Both the position numbers and the translations under genes were made by a program. Positions 34,620 to 44,348 of a stretch of 56,962 nt of DNA are shown piece after piece. Positions within the stretch are counted from its first letter, which is position 1. The number at the start of each line of letters is the position of its first letter. The notes under the pieces are model-generated. The model was not told the origin of the DNA. It saw only the letters and a program-made list of their open reading frames with translations, and ran no database searches. The stretch comes from a virus: the IMG/VR virus record IMGVR_UViG_3300045988_070064, positions 1-56,962 of that record; one strand, given 5' to 3'.

Positions 34620-35231
34620 ATGAAAGGTTTTAAAGGTTTTGATAAAGGACTGGTCTGTAGAGGAAAGCAGTACAAGGAAAATACAGTTTTCGAAGAGGAA
34701 GCAGCTGAAATTTGTAAAAGTGGAATGCACTTTTGCGAAAATCCATTTGATGTCCTTGAGTATTATGATTTAGTTAATACCGATGGAAGTTTTAACGAGT
34801 TTGCAGAAGTGGAGGCTTTGGACAAATGCTTGACAGATGATAATAAAAAATATTGCACTAAAAAACTAAAAATTGGTGCGAAACTATCATTTAGCGGATT
34901 TGTCAATGCCTGTATTGAGTTTGTTTTTGAAAAGACTAAAATTGAACAAACGGATGAAGAAGATGAAACTGTGATTGGCAGTTCCGGAGATTACGCAAAG
35001 GTCACGTCAGAAGGAGAAGATTCAGTAATATGTTGCGCAGGTCACAATTCAATTGTGAGAGCAAAGAAAGGAAGTTGGATTACTCTTTCTGAATGGGAAA
35101 AATCTTTTGAAAAAGATAGATGGATTCCGAAATGCGTAAAAACGAAATTTGTTGACGGAGAAAAAATTAAAGCAGATACATTCTACAGATTGGAGAATGG
35201 GAGATTTGTAGATGTTAAGGAGGATAAGTAA
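34620..35231 (+). CDS. Conserved phage protein (DUF7666-like by recollection)
   Basis: MKGFKGFDKGLVCRGKQY...GMHFCENPFDVLEYY N-terminal signature. Confidence 0.4.
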   Translation: MKGFKGFDKGLVCRGKQYKENTVFEEEAAEICKSGMHFCENPFDVLEYYDLVNTDGSFNEFAEVEALDKCLTDDNKKYCTKKLKIGAKLSFSGFVNACIEFVFEKTKIEQTDEEDETVIGSSGDYAKVTSEGEDSVICCAGHNSIVRAKKGSWITLSEWEKSFEKDRWIPKCVKTKFVDGEKIKADTFYRLENGRFVDVKEDK

Positions 35232-35232
35232 G

Positions 35233-37155
35233 ATGGTAATTAAGTTAAAAAGAATGATTCTTGAAAATTTCATGTACTACATGGCTGTAATGCTTGATTT
35301 TCCGCAGATTGCCAAAATTTTGGCAAAGAACGGAAAGGGAAAGTCGTCAATTGTCAATGCCTTTATGTGGTGCTTGTTTGATTGCGACTACGAATTGAGA
35401 AGCAATCCAAAGGTACGCAGAGAGGTTGACGGAAATCCGGTTGAGGACAAGGACGTTTCCGTGGAACTGGTACTTGACGTGGATGGAAAAGAAGTTACCA
35501 TGCGTAAAGTGCAGAAACGCAAGCATTCCAAAGACGGTACTACTTACAAGGACAATAACGAATACTACATAAACGATGTTCCGAAGACAAAGAAAGAGTT
35601 TGAGGAATATCTTGGTATTGATATGTCTGTTTTGAAAATGTCAACCAATATCAATGGATTTTTAAATCAGAAACCGGCTGATATGCGAGACTTTTTATTT
35701 AAGACGGCAGATTCTACGACTGATTTAGATATTGCCAAGAAAACGGATGGATTGCAGGAACTTTCTTCTCTCTTGGAGAAATACAACACAGAGGAAATCA
35801 AGGCGATGAATCAGAAGAAAGTGAAAGACGTTGACGAATCTCTTCCTATATTAAAGGGGCAGATTGAAGAGAAACAAAGAGATATTGTCAGCAAGCAGGA
35901 AACCGACGTTTCTGATTTAGAATTGCTTAAAAAGGATTTGCAATCAAAATTGGATGCCAATATCAAGGTGCAGACAGACAACGATAAATTGATCACGGAA
36001 TTTGACGATGCGGTCAAGGATGTTATGGATCTGAAATTCGAACTGTCCGGAATGGAGCAGAAAGCCAATTCAGAGATTGCTACCAAGAAGAACAGTTTGG
36101 AGAACAAAAAAGACGAAATTTTGGGGAAAATCGGACGATTTAAGGGCGAGTTATCTAGGTTGAGTAGTGATTTGGCACTCCAAACCAAATTGATCTCGGA
36201 CAATAAGCGGAAGAAAGACGAGCAGGCAACGTTATGGAAGATTGCAAATGAGCGGAAATTTGACGAATCAAGCCTTGTTTGTTCTTATTGCGGTCAAGAA
36301 TACCCGGAAGAGAAAAAAGAGGAAATGCGGGCAGAATTTGAAAGCCACAAAGCGGATGAATTGAAACAGATTGTGGAAAGAGGAAATGCCTTAAAGAAAG
36401 CAATTGACGATTCAAAAATCCTCTTGAAAAACATTGAGGAAAATATTCAAAAGAAAAATGAGGAATCGGAAAAATTGACTACTGAATACGATTCAGTTGA
36501 GAAAGAATTGGAATCTATCAAGCCAATTGATGTGAAGCAGTCGGACAAATACAAAGAGATTGAATCAAAAATTGCTGATCGAGAAGATTCGATGAAGAAG
36601 ATGCAGAATCTCAAAGACATCAAAGCGGAATTAAAAACAGAAGAAGAACGAATCCGTTCTGAATTGGCAGAAGTGGACAGAAAAATTTCCGCTGCCAATA
36701 CGGAATCAGACGAAATCAGGTTGGAAGAATTGAAAAAGTCCAAATTTGATAAAGAACAGGAAAAGGCAGATGCAGAAAAAATCTTGGATTTGCTGAAAGA
36801 ACTGGAGAAAGCCAAAAACGAGGAATTGTCGGAAGAAATCAATTCTAAGTTTGGCATTGTCAATTGGCAGTTGTTCGAAACCGCAAAGAACGGAAATTAT
36901 AAATCCGTTTGCGTTCCGATGATTGACGGCAAGTCTATTTTGACAACGATGTCCAACAAGGGAAACAGAATCCTTGGCAGAGTAGATATCTGTCGTTCGA
37001 TTCAGAAAATCAGCGGTATAAATTGTCCGATTTGGTTGGATGATTTGGAATCATTGGACGAGGAAAATCAGAAGAAAGTCGCTGAAATGGTGGAAAGCCA
37101 GTTGATTATGCTAGCAGTATCAAACAATGCGGAACTGGAAATTAAGGAGGTGTGA
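35233..37155 (+). CDS. SMC/Rad50/SbcC-like AAA ATPase
   Basis: ATG after AAGGAGG; Walker A AKNGKGKSS; about 400 aa of coiled coil with a CxxC hook-like CSYCG; C-terminal IWLDDLESLD Walker B. Confidence 0.7.
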   Translation: MVIKLKRMILENFMYYMAVMLDFPQIAKILAKNGKGKSSIVNAFMWCLFDCDYELRSNPKVRREVDGNPVEDKDVSVELVLDVDGKEVTMRKVQKRKHSKDGTTYKDNNEYYINDVPKTKKEFEEYLGIDMSVLKMSTNINGFLNQKPADMRDFLFKTADSTTDLDIAKKTDGLQELSSLLEKYNTEEIKAMNQKKVKDVDESLPILKGQIEEKQRDIVSKQETDVSDLELLKKDLQSKLDANIKVQTDNDKLITEFDDAVKDVMDLKFELSGMEQKANSEIATKKNSLENKKDEILGKIGRFKGELSRLSSDLALQTKLISDNKRKKDEQATLWKIANERKFDESSLVCSYCGQEYPEEKKEEMRAEFESHKADELKQIVERGNALKKAIDDSKILLKNIEENIQKKNEESEKLTTEYDSVEKELESIKPIDVKQSDKYKEIESKIADREDSMKKMQNLKDIKAELKTEEERIRSELAEVDRKISAANTESDEIRLEELKKSKFDKEQEKADAEKILDLLKELEKAKNEELSEEINSKFGIVNWQLFETAKNGNYKSVCVPMIDGKSILTTMSNKGNRILGRVDICRSIQKISGINCPIWLDDLESLDEENQKKVAEMVESQLIMLAVSNNAELEIKEV

Positions 37156-37156
37156 T

Positions 37157-37474
37157 ATGAAACTGTATTTTTACACGGCAAACACAATAAATGGTTATTG
37201 TAACAAATTAGGTGTTGTAGTTACCGTTTCCGAGGCAGAGGAAAAACAGAAAACTTATCAATCTGTTAGTGGTGGATTTCCAAATTGTTTTTCCAGAATA
37301 AGAAAGGATGACATCGGAAAACTTTTGAGGGATAACGTTATCCTTACGGAGCCAAATTTTGAATATGCCAAGAAAATTTTCGTTAATGCGGCAGAGGCAA
37401 AAGTAAATGGTGCTAGAGAGCATCTTAAAAGAGCAGAACGTGAATTAGAAATTTTAAGAGAAAGCGAGGAATGA
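37157..37474 (+). CDS. Hypothetical protein
   Basis: ATG after AAGGAGG. Confidence 0.6.
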   Translation: MKLYFYTANTINGYCNKLGVVVTVSEAEEKQKTYQSVSGGFPNCFSRIRKDDIGKLLRDNVILTEPNFEYAKKIFVNAAEAKVNGAREHLKRAERELEILRESEE

Positions 37475-38055
37475 TTATGGGATTTAAGGTTGGAGATATT
37501 GTAGAGGTTATTGATAATGGATATTCGTTTACAAATAATGAGTATTTCTTTATCGAAAATAAAATTGCTTTAAAAACTGCAACTCGATATACTTATGGCT
37601 CTCTTCCCCCCAATGGATTAACTGGAAGAATTGTCGCAATTGGAGACCTTGAGTTTTATGATTACAAAGGAATAGTAATTCAAGATGACACCAATCGGGA
37701 GATGTGCTGCTTGGTCGGAGAACCTGGCTTAAAATTTCTTAAAAAAAATGAATTTAAGCCACATCTTGAATGTACGAAGGTTTTTAAAGTCAATTATGGA
37801 ACTATTGGAAAAAAAACAAACCTTGTCGATTGCTACGGAAGACCGTTAAAGGTCGGAGATACTGCTATCATTCGTGCTAAAGATGGAAGCGCATCTCCAG
37901 AGGTTCCGATTGTTGACGACCAGCTTGGTTGTTGTTTCCCTATAGGGTATTCACCTTTTGTAGATAAGGAAATGCTTATAAGGATAAGAGATTGCGATGA
38001 GATTCCAGATGGAGAAAAGGTTGGAATTATTGAATATGTAAAGGAAGAGAGGTAG
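37471..38055 (+). CDS. Hypothetical protein
   Basis: 194-aa ORF (ATG 37477 also possible). Confidence 0.6.
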   Translation: MIMGFKVGDIVEVIDNGYSFTNNEYFFIENKIALKTATRYTYGSLPPNGLTGRIVAIGDLEFYDYKGIVIQDDTNREMCCLVGEPGLKFLKKNEFKPHLECTKVFKVNYGTIGKKTNLVDCYGRPLKVGDTAIIRAKDGSASPEVPIVDDQLGCCFPIGYSPFVDKEMLIRIRDCDEIPDGEKVGIIEYVKEER

Positions 38056-38060
38056 AAAAC

Positions 38061-38780
38061 ATGGCAGAGAAGAATGAAGTAGTTGTACAGGAGGAAAAAA
38101 AGGAAGTAGCGGCACATAATAACAAGGTAACGGATTATAGCCTTGGTATTTTTGGAACATCGGATAATTTTGTTATGGCGATGCAGATGGCAAAGGCATT
38201 GTCAGCATCGACTATTGTTCCAGCAATATACCAGAACAATTCGTCAAACTGTTTGATTGCTATTGAGCAGGCACAAAGAATGAAAGTAAGTCCAATGATG
38301 GTAATGCAGAATCTTTATCCAATCCAAGGAAAACCTTGTTGGAGCGCACAGTTTTTGATTGCGCAGGTAAACAATAGCGGAAATTATGATATTGAATTGC
38401 AGTACGATGAAAAGCAGAAAAACGGTAAGCCTTTTTCTTGCCAGTGTTGGACAATGAAAGCAGGAAGAAGAATTGACGGCATGGTAGTTGACATGGATAT
38501 GGCAGATGCCGAGGGATGGACAAAGAAAAACGGTTCAAAGTGGAAAACGATGCCACAGTTGATGTTGAGATATCGAGCCGCATCATTTTTTGCAAGATTG
38601 AACTGTCCGGAACTTACGATGGGACTTTATACCAAAGAAGAAATTATTGACGGAGATTTTAAAGAATATCCGCTGGAAACGATGCAGGAGCAAGTAGAAA
38701 AGGAGATTTCTAACGGTGCTAATTCAGAAGATTTTGAATCGGCAGCAGTTGAACCGGAGTTTATGGAGGACGAAGAATGA
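38061..38780 (+). CDS. recT: RecT-family single-strand annealing protein
   Basis: ...CLIAIEQAQRMKVSPMMVMQNLYPIQGKPCWSAQF...KTMPQLMLRYRAASFFAR resembles RecT. Confidence 0.75.
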   Translation: MAEKNEVVVQEEKKEVAAHNNKVTDYSLGIFGTSDNFVMAMQMAKALSASTIVPAIYQNNSSNCLIAIEQAQRMKVSPMMVMQNLYPIQGKPCWSAQFLIAQVNNSGNYDIELQYDEKQKNGKPFSCQCWTMKAGRRIDGMVVDMDMADAEGWTKKNGSKWKTMPQLMLRYRAASFFARLNCPELTMGLYTKEEIIDGDFKEYPLETMQEQVEKEISNGANSEDFESAAVEPEFMEDEE

Positions 38781-39067
38781 GACTGATAAGCCAAGACGGA
38801 ACATTTGATGTTCCATACGATCAAGTAGTAATTCAGCGGTATAGTGATGGTATTTACTGGCTGAATAAAAACCTTATTGGAGTTGAATCGGGAATTTCCG
38901 AAGACTTTAAAATCGCTTCTTATTCAAGCGAAGAAAAGGCAATTAAGGTCATGGAAATGGTAAGAAAAGCATGGATAAATGAAACCGTAGAATTTGAGGA
39001 TAGAATTTGCCATAGAAATATTATTTTTCAGTTCCCGCAGGATGAAGAAATCGAGGTGCAGGAATGA
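38777..39067 (+). CDS. Small conserved phage protein (paralog of 8721-8930)
   Basis: See 8721-8930. Confidence 0.6.
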   Translation: MRLISQDGTFDVPYDQVVIQRYSDGIYWLNKNLIGVESGISEDFKIASYSSEEKAIKVMEMVRKAWINETVEFEDRICHRNIIFQFPQDEEIEVQE

Positions 39068-39792
39068 TTTTGAAATGCCTTGGTAGCGGCAGTAGCGGGA
39101 ATTGCTATCTGTTGACTGATAGCAATGGCAAAACCCTTATCCTTGATTGTGGTCTTTCAATCCGTGAGATAAAAAAAGGATTAAATTACGATTTGCGGTG
39201 TGTGGCTGGGTGCATTGTTACCCACCACCACAAAGACCATAGCAAGTCGGCAAAAGAACTTGAAGAGATTGGAATTGAGGTTTATAAGCCTTACGAAAAG
39301 TGCTACAAGGCAATGAATTTCAAGAAAGCACCATTTCTTATTTCTACGGTGCCTATGCAAGATAAGGATGGAAAGTTTTGTCACACAAACACGGATGGTA
39401 GCGAGTGTCCGTGTTACGGATTCATTATCAGCCATCCAGAAATGGGTAACTTGCTTTACGTGACCGACACGGAATTTGTCAAGTGGAGATTTAGAAACTT
39501 AAATCATATTTTGGTTTCGTGCAATTACCAAAAGAAGTACCTAAGCAAAGTGGCAGGAAAACGAGAACACGTTTTTCGAGGTCACATGGAACTGGAAACA
39601 GTCAAAGATTTTGTAACCGCAAATAATTCAAGCACATTGCAGAACGTCATACTGTGCCATATGAGCAAAGAATCGGCAGACCCCAAAGAATGTATGCAAG
39701 AGGTTAAATCGGTTCTTAAATCGGCAAATGTGGACGTTGCAGAGCCTAACAAAGAATGGATTTTAAAGAAAGGAGATGAATGTCCGTTTTGA
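39064..39792 (+). CDS. MBL-fold metallo-hydrolase (probable recombination nuclease)
   Basis: LGSGSSGNCYLL...ILDCG...THHHKDH motif. Confidence 0.7.
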   Translation: MILKCLGSGSSGNCYLLTDSNGKTLILDCGLSIREIKKGLNYDLRCVAGCIVTHHHKDHSKSAKELEEIGIEVYKPYEKCYKAMNFKKAPFLISTVPMQDKDGKFCHTNTDGSECPCYGFIISHPEMGNLLYVTDTEFVKWRFRNLNHILVSCNYQKKYLSKVAGKREHVFRGHMELETVKDFVTANNSSTLQNVILCHMSKESADPKECMQEVKSVLKSANVDVAEPNKEWILKKGDECPF

Positions 39793-40016
39793 AAACAGAA
39801 AAAAGAATAAAAAAACTAATTAAGTTTTTGAAAAATGAATTTAAGCACGGAATACAGATGTTTAATTCTCCATCTCTTTCAGGTGATGAAAGAGAGATTA
39901 TTTATAATCAGGATGGCATAGTTGTATTGCACAGTTATTACTATGAATACATAGAAATATATGGAATTTCTACCAAAGAATTTAAAAAGGTTATGAAAAA
40001 ATCCGGCGGATATTAA
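39780..40016 (+). CDS. Hypothetical protein
   Basis: 78-aa ORF. Confidence 0.5.
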   Translation: MSVLKTEKRIKKLIKFLKNEFKHGIQMFNSPSLSGDEREIIYNQDGIVVLHSYYYEYIEIYGISTKEFKKVMKKSGGY

Positions 40017-40050
40017 GACAGAAAATAAATTTTAGGAAAGGAAGATTGAA

Positions 40051-40299
40051 ATGATTAAATTTGATAAGAAAAAAGTGGTAATTAAAGGAAACCAAAATGA
40101 TTTAATGGCACAATGGACTTTCATTGGAAATGCGATTTATAAATCTATGAAAGCGCAAATTGGTGAGGAAACCGCAGAAAAACTAATGAGACGTTGTGCT
40201 GAAAATGTTTTTAAATCTGAAAAACAAATTGCGGAAGAAATATTGGAAATTCTTAAAAGAAAACAGGAAAAAGAAAGCGAGGAATCTGACAATGAATAA
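40051..40299 (+). CDS. Hypothetical protein
   Basis: 82-aa ORF; GGAAAGGAAG RBS. Confidence 0.55.
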   Translation: MIKFDKKKVVIKGNQNDLMAQWTFIGNAIYKSMKAQIGEETAEKLMRRCAENVFKSEKQIAEEILEILKRKQEKESEESDNE

Positions 40300-40726
40300 A
40301 GTAATTTTGCTTGGAAATCTTACAAGAGACCCGGAAATCAGATATTCACAAGGGGAAAAACAGATGGCGGTTGCTAGATTTTCCCTTGCGGTAAACCGTA
40401 GATTCGCCAAAGATGGAGAAACAAATGCTGACTTCTTGAACTGTACCGCATTTGGTAAAACCGCTGAATTTGTCGAGAAGTATTTTCGGCAGGGCAGCAG
40501 AATGTCTCTTGTTGGAAGAATTGAAAACAACAATTATACCAACAAAAACGGAGAAAAGGTTTATTCTTTTCAGATTATGGTAGAAGAAGTTGAATTTGCA
40601 GAAAGAAAATCGGCACAAAGTAACAATCAAACACAAAATCAGAATCAGCCGGCACAGGCAAATGGCGCAGATGATGATTTTATGAATATCCCAGACGGAA
40701 TCGAAGATGGATTGCCGTTTAATTAA
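40292..40726 (+). CDS. ssb: Single-stranded DNA-binding protein
   Basis: MNKVILLGNLTRDPEIRY...; Gln/Asn-rich linker; acidic tail DDDFMNIPDGIEDGLPF. Confidence 0.9.
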   Translation: MNKVILLGNLTRDPEIRYSQGEKQMAVARFSLAVNRRFAKDGETNADFLNCTAFGKTAEFVEKYFRQGSRMSLVGRIENNNYTNKNGEKVYSFQIMVEEVEFAERKSAQSNNQTQNQNQPAQANGADDDFMNIPDGIEDGLPFN

Positions 40727-40747
40727 AAGAAATGGAGGAAAAACAAA

Positions 40748-41377
40748 ATGAGTAAATTGACATTGGAAATGGCTAGAAATCTGGTCGCAAAACTGGAAGC
40801 GGAAGAAAAAGAAAAAAAGGTGCAACTTAAAGAATTGAAACCGGGCGAAACATTTATGATTGGTGAGCATGAATTTATCGTTCTGGAGCAAGTTTTTGAG
40901 GTTAATGGCGGTGATTCTGATGTAACAGGTGTTGTATCTAAGAATTTCATGCTTGAAAACGTAGCATTTGATTCAGATGCAAGAAATTATCGTGCTTCCG
41001 TTCTGAAAGACAAAATAGAAGATGAAATTTTGCCAATCATTGAAAAAGAAGTCGGAGCAGAAAATATTGTCGGAAACTTATGCGACTTGCGTTCTGTTTG
41101 CGGAGAAAACGAGTGTGGAATGTTTATGTCAAAAGTACGTCCGATGACTTTTGACGAGGTTAGAAAATACCATGAATTTATCCCGAATAAGGATTTGGAT
41201 GATTGGTGGTGGACTTGCACGCCTTGGGGTTCAGATAAAAATGGTAATGTTAGAACAATCGCTACGGTTTCGCCGGACGGCCACGTCGGCGCCAGTTATT
41301 GCCGCACCCATACCGGTGTTCGCCCATTCTGTATCTTGAAATCTGACATCTTTGTATCGAAAGGAGAATTACTATGA
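40748..41377 (+). CDS. DUF6273-like protein, paralog 1
   Basis: N-terminal coiled coil; C-terminal DDWWWTCTPW...ATVSPDG...GVRPFCI. Confidence 0.5.
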   Translation: MSKLTLEMARNLVAKLEAEEKEKKVQLKELKPGETFMIGEHEFIVLEQVFEVNGGDSDVTGVVSKNFMLENVAFDSDARNYRASVLKDKIEDEILPIIEKEVGAENIVGNLCDLRSVCGENECGMFMSKVRPMTFDEVRKYHEFIPNKDLDDWWWTCTPWGSDKNGNVRTIATVSPDGHVGASYCRTHTGVRPFCILKSDIFVSKGELL

Positions 41378-41970
41378 ATAAGAATGAATTACAAAGGTTA
41401 GAAGAGTTAGAAAGCAGAGTTGCCATTCTTGAAAAAAAGAATGCTGCAAGAAAAATTCCAAGCGGATTAAAAATCGGAGATACTTTCGAAATTTCTGGAA
41501 CGACATGGAAAATACTTGATATTACAAATGACGGATATAGTTGTTTGGCTGACAGTATCGGAGAGATGGAGTTTGATTCAGAATCAAACAATTGGGTAAA
41601 TAGTGATCTTCGTGATTATCTTGTAACAGAGTTTTTGGATAAATTAAAGGAAGAAATCGGAGAAGATAATATTCTTCAAAGAGAAAGAGATTTGTTATCT
41701 CTCGATGGACAGACGGAATATGGCAAGGCTTATGAAAAAGTTTCTTTGCTGACAGTTGATGAGTACAGAAAATACAGGAGCCTTATACCAAACACAGAGG
41801 ATGACTGGTGGTGGCTTATCACACCATGGAGTACACCTTGTAATGATTACAAAACTTGTGTAGCTACGGTTTCGCCGTCCGGCCTCATCTGCAACTTTAA
41901 TTGCATCAGCGATTTCGGTGTTCGTCCATTCTGTATCTTTTCCTCTTCAATCTTTGAATCCGAGGAATAA
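41374..41970 (+). CDS. DUF6273-like protein, paralog 2
   Basis: Same architecture: DDWWWLITPW...ATVSPSG...GVRPFCI. Confidence 0.5.
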   Translation: MNKNELQRLEELESRVAILEKKNAARKIPSGLKIGDTFEISGTTWKILDITNDGYSCLADSIGEMEFDSESNNWVNSDLRDYLVTEFLDKLKEEIGEDNILQRERDLLSLDGQTEYGKAYEKVSLLTVDEYRKYRSLIPNTEDDWWWLITPWSTPCNDYKTCVATVSPSGLICNFNCISDFGVRPFCIFSSSIFESEE

Positions 41971-42014
41971 GTAATATGGCAGAAAATGGGTGGGAGTAAA
42001 TTTAAAGTTAGGAA

Positions 42015-42626
42015 GTGATAAGTTTGAGCAGATATCAGAACATTGCAAGGGCAAAAGCAATTGAAAATGAAAACAAGAAAAAATTGTTGAAATTGAATCC
42101 AGAACTGAACGATGAAAGCGGAATTTACTTCTTCCTCCGAGAGGATGAAAACGGATTCAGATTTGCCTACATTGGACAGGCGGTAAAGATACTTACGAGA
42201 TTAGCAAGCCATATGACAGGGTATGAGCAACATATTGACCTTAGTTTGCGTAAGCACAAGTTATATGACGAGCAGAAGAACCCTCATGGATGGAGAGTGG
42301 AGTTTCTTAATTTTCCAGAAAGCGAACTTGATGAAAGAGAGAAGCACTTCATCAAACTGTATGCAGATACCGGATATCAATTAAGGAACGTAAGCCTTGG
42401 CGGTCAAGGAGAAAATCGTGCAAGTGGTTCTATCGGAGAAAGAAAAGCACCTAAAGGCTATATGCAGGGCATACAGCAAGGCAAAAAAGTATTGGCAAGG
42501 GAATTATCCCATATCGCAGAAAAGCACCTTAAAATCGAAATTAGAGAGGATAAGGCTGGCAATAAGGTGTCGCAGAAACAGTATCAGAAGTTTATGGAGT
42601 TATTAAAAGTAGGTGATTCAAAATGA
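42015..42626 (+). CDS. GIY-YIG nuclease-domain protein
   Basis: GIYFFLRE...FAYIGQAVKILTRLASH...EREKHFIKLY...LRNVSLGGQG. Confidence 0.6.
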   Translation: MISLSRYQNIARAKAIENENKKKLLKLNPELNDESGIYFFLREDENGFRFAYIGQAVKILTRLASHMTGYEQHIDLSLRKHKLYDEQKNPHGWRVEFLNFPESELDEREKHFIKLYADTGYQLRNVSLGGQGENRASGSIGERKAPKGYMQGIQQGKKVLARELSHIAEKHLKIEIREDKAGNKVSQKQYQKFMELLKVGDSK

Positions 42627-42808
42627 ATTTACTTGAACACTATGTAACAAACATAACTTATGAAGAACCGATTGAAAAGAACGGGGTGTTGTTTTTTAAG
42701 GTTGTATGTGATGTTGATTGTTATGGCAATAAAGAGATTCAGAAAGAAGTTTTGCTTACAGAAAATGATTATGCAGAAGTTAAAAGTAAGGGCTATTATT
42801 TAGCCTAA
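42623..42808 (+). CDS. Hypothetical protein
   Basis: 61-aa ORF; ATGA overlap with the upstream gene. Confidence 0.5.
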   Translation: MNLLEHYVTNITYEEPIEKNGVLFFKVVCDVDCYGNKEIQKEVLLTENDYAEVKSKGYYLA

Positions 42809-42831
42809 AAATCAAAGAAAGGAATGATTTA

Positions 42832-43539
42832 ATGAAATTAAAAGAGTTAAAAGAAAATGTTGTAGTAGATATCAAGTCAGAAAAACAATGCCATGTTCTG
42901 ATGAATTTGCTGGAAAACGCAGGATATCCAACATTTACCCAAAGATTTTCCTATCCTAGTGGCTATTTTTTAAAAGTGGTAGAAATTTATCCGGCAGATA
43001 AAAATTATATTGCATTATATGGTGGCAAGCCACCACAAAATAGTGTTTCATTAGAGGATGTTGTCGAGTTGGAAGCTAGAGATTTCGCAGTTATAGAAAA
43101 TGGTAGAGTAGTTGCTTGCTACACTTATGGCTATGGCGGTTCTAAACTTGGATATATTTACAAACCTGACGTTGGAGAACCTTGGGGTATTTTTTCTGAT
43201 TTCCCATTAAACGCATTTATTGAATATTATGCAGGAAAATATAATTATATTGAACCGGTTAATGATTTGGTTAAGATTGATAATGAAATTATTAATGATA
43301 GCATTGTTTACTACGGAAAAGACGTACAGTCTACAGTTTGTATGGAAGAATGTGCGGAACTTATCCAAGCAATCAGCAAGGAAAAGCGTGGGAAATCAGA
43401 TAAAAACCACCTTGCGGAAGAAATGGCAGACGTTTTGATTTCAATTGAATTATTAAAAGAAATTTACGATGTCTCAAACGAGCAGATAAATGAATGGATA
43501 GATAAAAAGCAGAAAAGAATCCGATCGAGAATGAAATAA
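42832..43539 (+). CDS. Protein with C-terminal MazG-like NTP pyrophosphohydrolase domain
   Basis: ...CMEECAELIQAISK...LAEEMADVLISIELL is the EExxE/D MazG signature. Confidence 0.6.
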   Translation: MKLKELKENVVVDIKSEKQCHVLMNLLENAGYPTFTQRFSYPSGYFLKVVEIYPADKNYIALYGGKPPQNSVSLEDVVELEARDFAVIENGRVVACYTYGYGGSKLGYIYKPDVGEPWGIFSDFPLNAFIEYYAGKYNYIEPVNDLVKIDNEIINDSIVYYGKDVQSTVCMEECAELIQAISKEKRGKSDKNHLAEEMADVLISIELLKEIYDVSNEQINEWIDKKQKRIRSRMK

Positions 43540-43583
43540 CCTACAAATAACAGAACTTGAAGAAAAGGGGGTGCAGCACTCCA

Positions 43584-44348
43584 ATGGGTAATTTCATTAA
43601 GATTGACCGAAAAATGCTGGAATGGGAATGGTGGCAAGATATTAACACATCGAGATTGTTTCTCTTTATGCTTTTATCTGCCTACTGGAAAAATGGAAGA
43701 TATAAAGGTGTTGAGATTCCAAGAGGTTCGTTTCCAGCATCAACCGCTGATTTGGCAAAAGCAACATCACTTACGGAAAATGAAATCAGAACCGCCGTAA
43801 AGCATTTGAAAAGCACAGGCGAGATTACAAACAGAAACCATGGTAAATACACCGTATTTACGGTAGTTAAGTATAATGAGTACCAAGATAATTACAAACA
43901 GAATGCAAACAGAATGCAAACTGTTGACAATCAGATAACGAACACAATATTAAAAGAAGATAAGAATGAGAAGAAAAGAAAGAAAGATAATATTCCGTAT
44001 GCGGAAGTTGTTTCTTACTTGAACGAAAAGGCAGATACCAAGTTTAAATCTGATTCCAGTAGCACGCAGAGATTTATCAAGGCTAGATTTGCAGACGGAT
44101 TTACTCTGGAAGATTTCAAGAAAGTGATAGATGTAATGTGTGAGAAATGGAAATCTAACGAGAAGATGAAACAGTATCTCCGACCACAGACATTGTTTGG
44201 TACCAAGTTTGAAAGTTATTTGAATTTGGCACCAAAGGATAAAGCACATAGAGTAGAAAATTCAAAAGCAGAAATTGCTAGAGAGACTAAAGATGAGGAA
44301 CCGGAAATGTCTGACGAAGAATGGACTGAAATGGAGGCAGGCAAATGA
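43584..44348 (+). CDS. Replisome organizer / DnaD-like replication protein
   Basis: FIKIDRKMLEWEWW...; wHTH-like ...TENEIRTAVKHLKSTGEI; C-terminal ...LRPQTLFGTKFESYLN (conserved phage C-terminus). Confidence 0.7.
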   Translation: MGNFIKIDRKMLEWEWWQDINTSRLFLFMLLSAYWKNGRYKGVEIPRGSFPASTADLAKATSLTENEIRTAVKHLKSTGEITNRNHGKYTVFTVVKYNEYQDNYKQNANRMQTVDNQITNTILKEDKNEKKRKKDNIPYAEVVSYLNEKADTKFKSDSSSTQRFIKARFADGFTLEDFKKVIDVMCEKWKSNEKMKQYLRPQTLFGTKFESYLNLAPKDKAHRVENSKAEIARETKDEEPEMSDEEWTEMEAGK

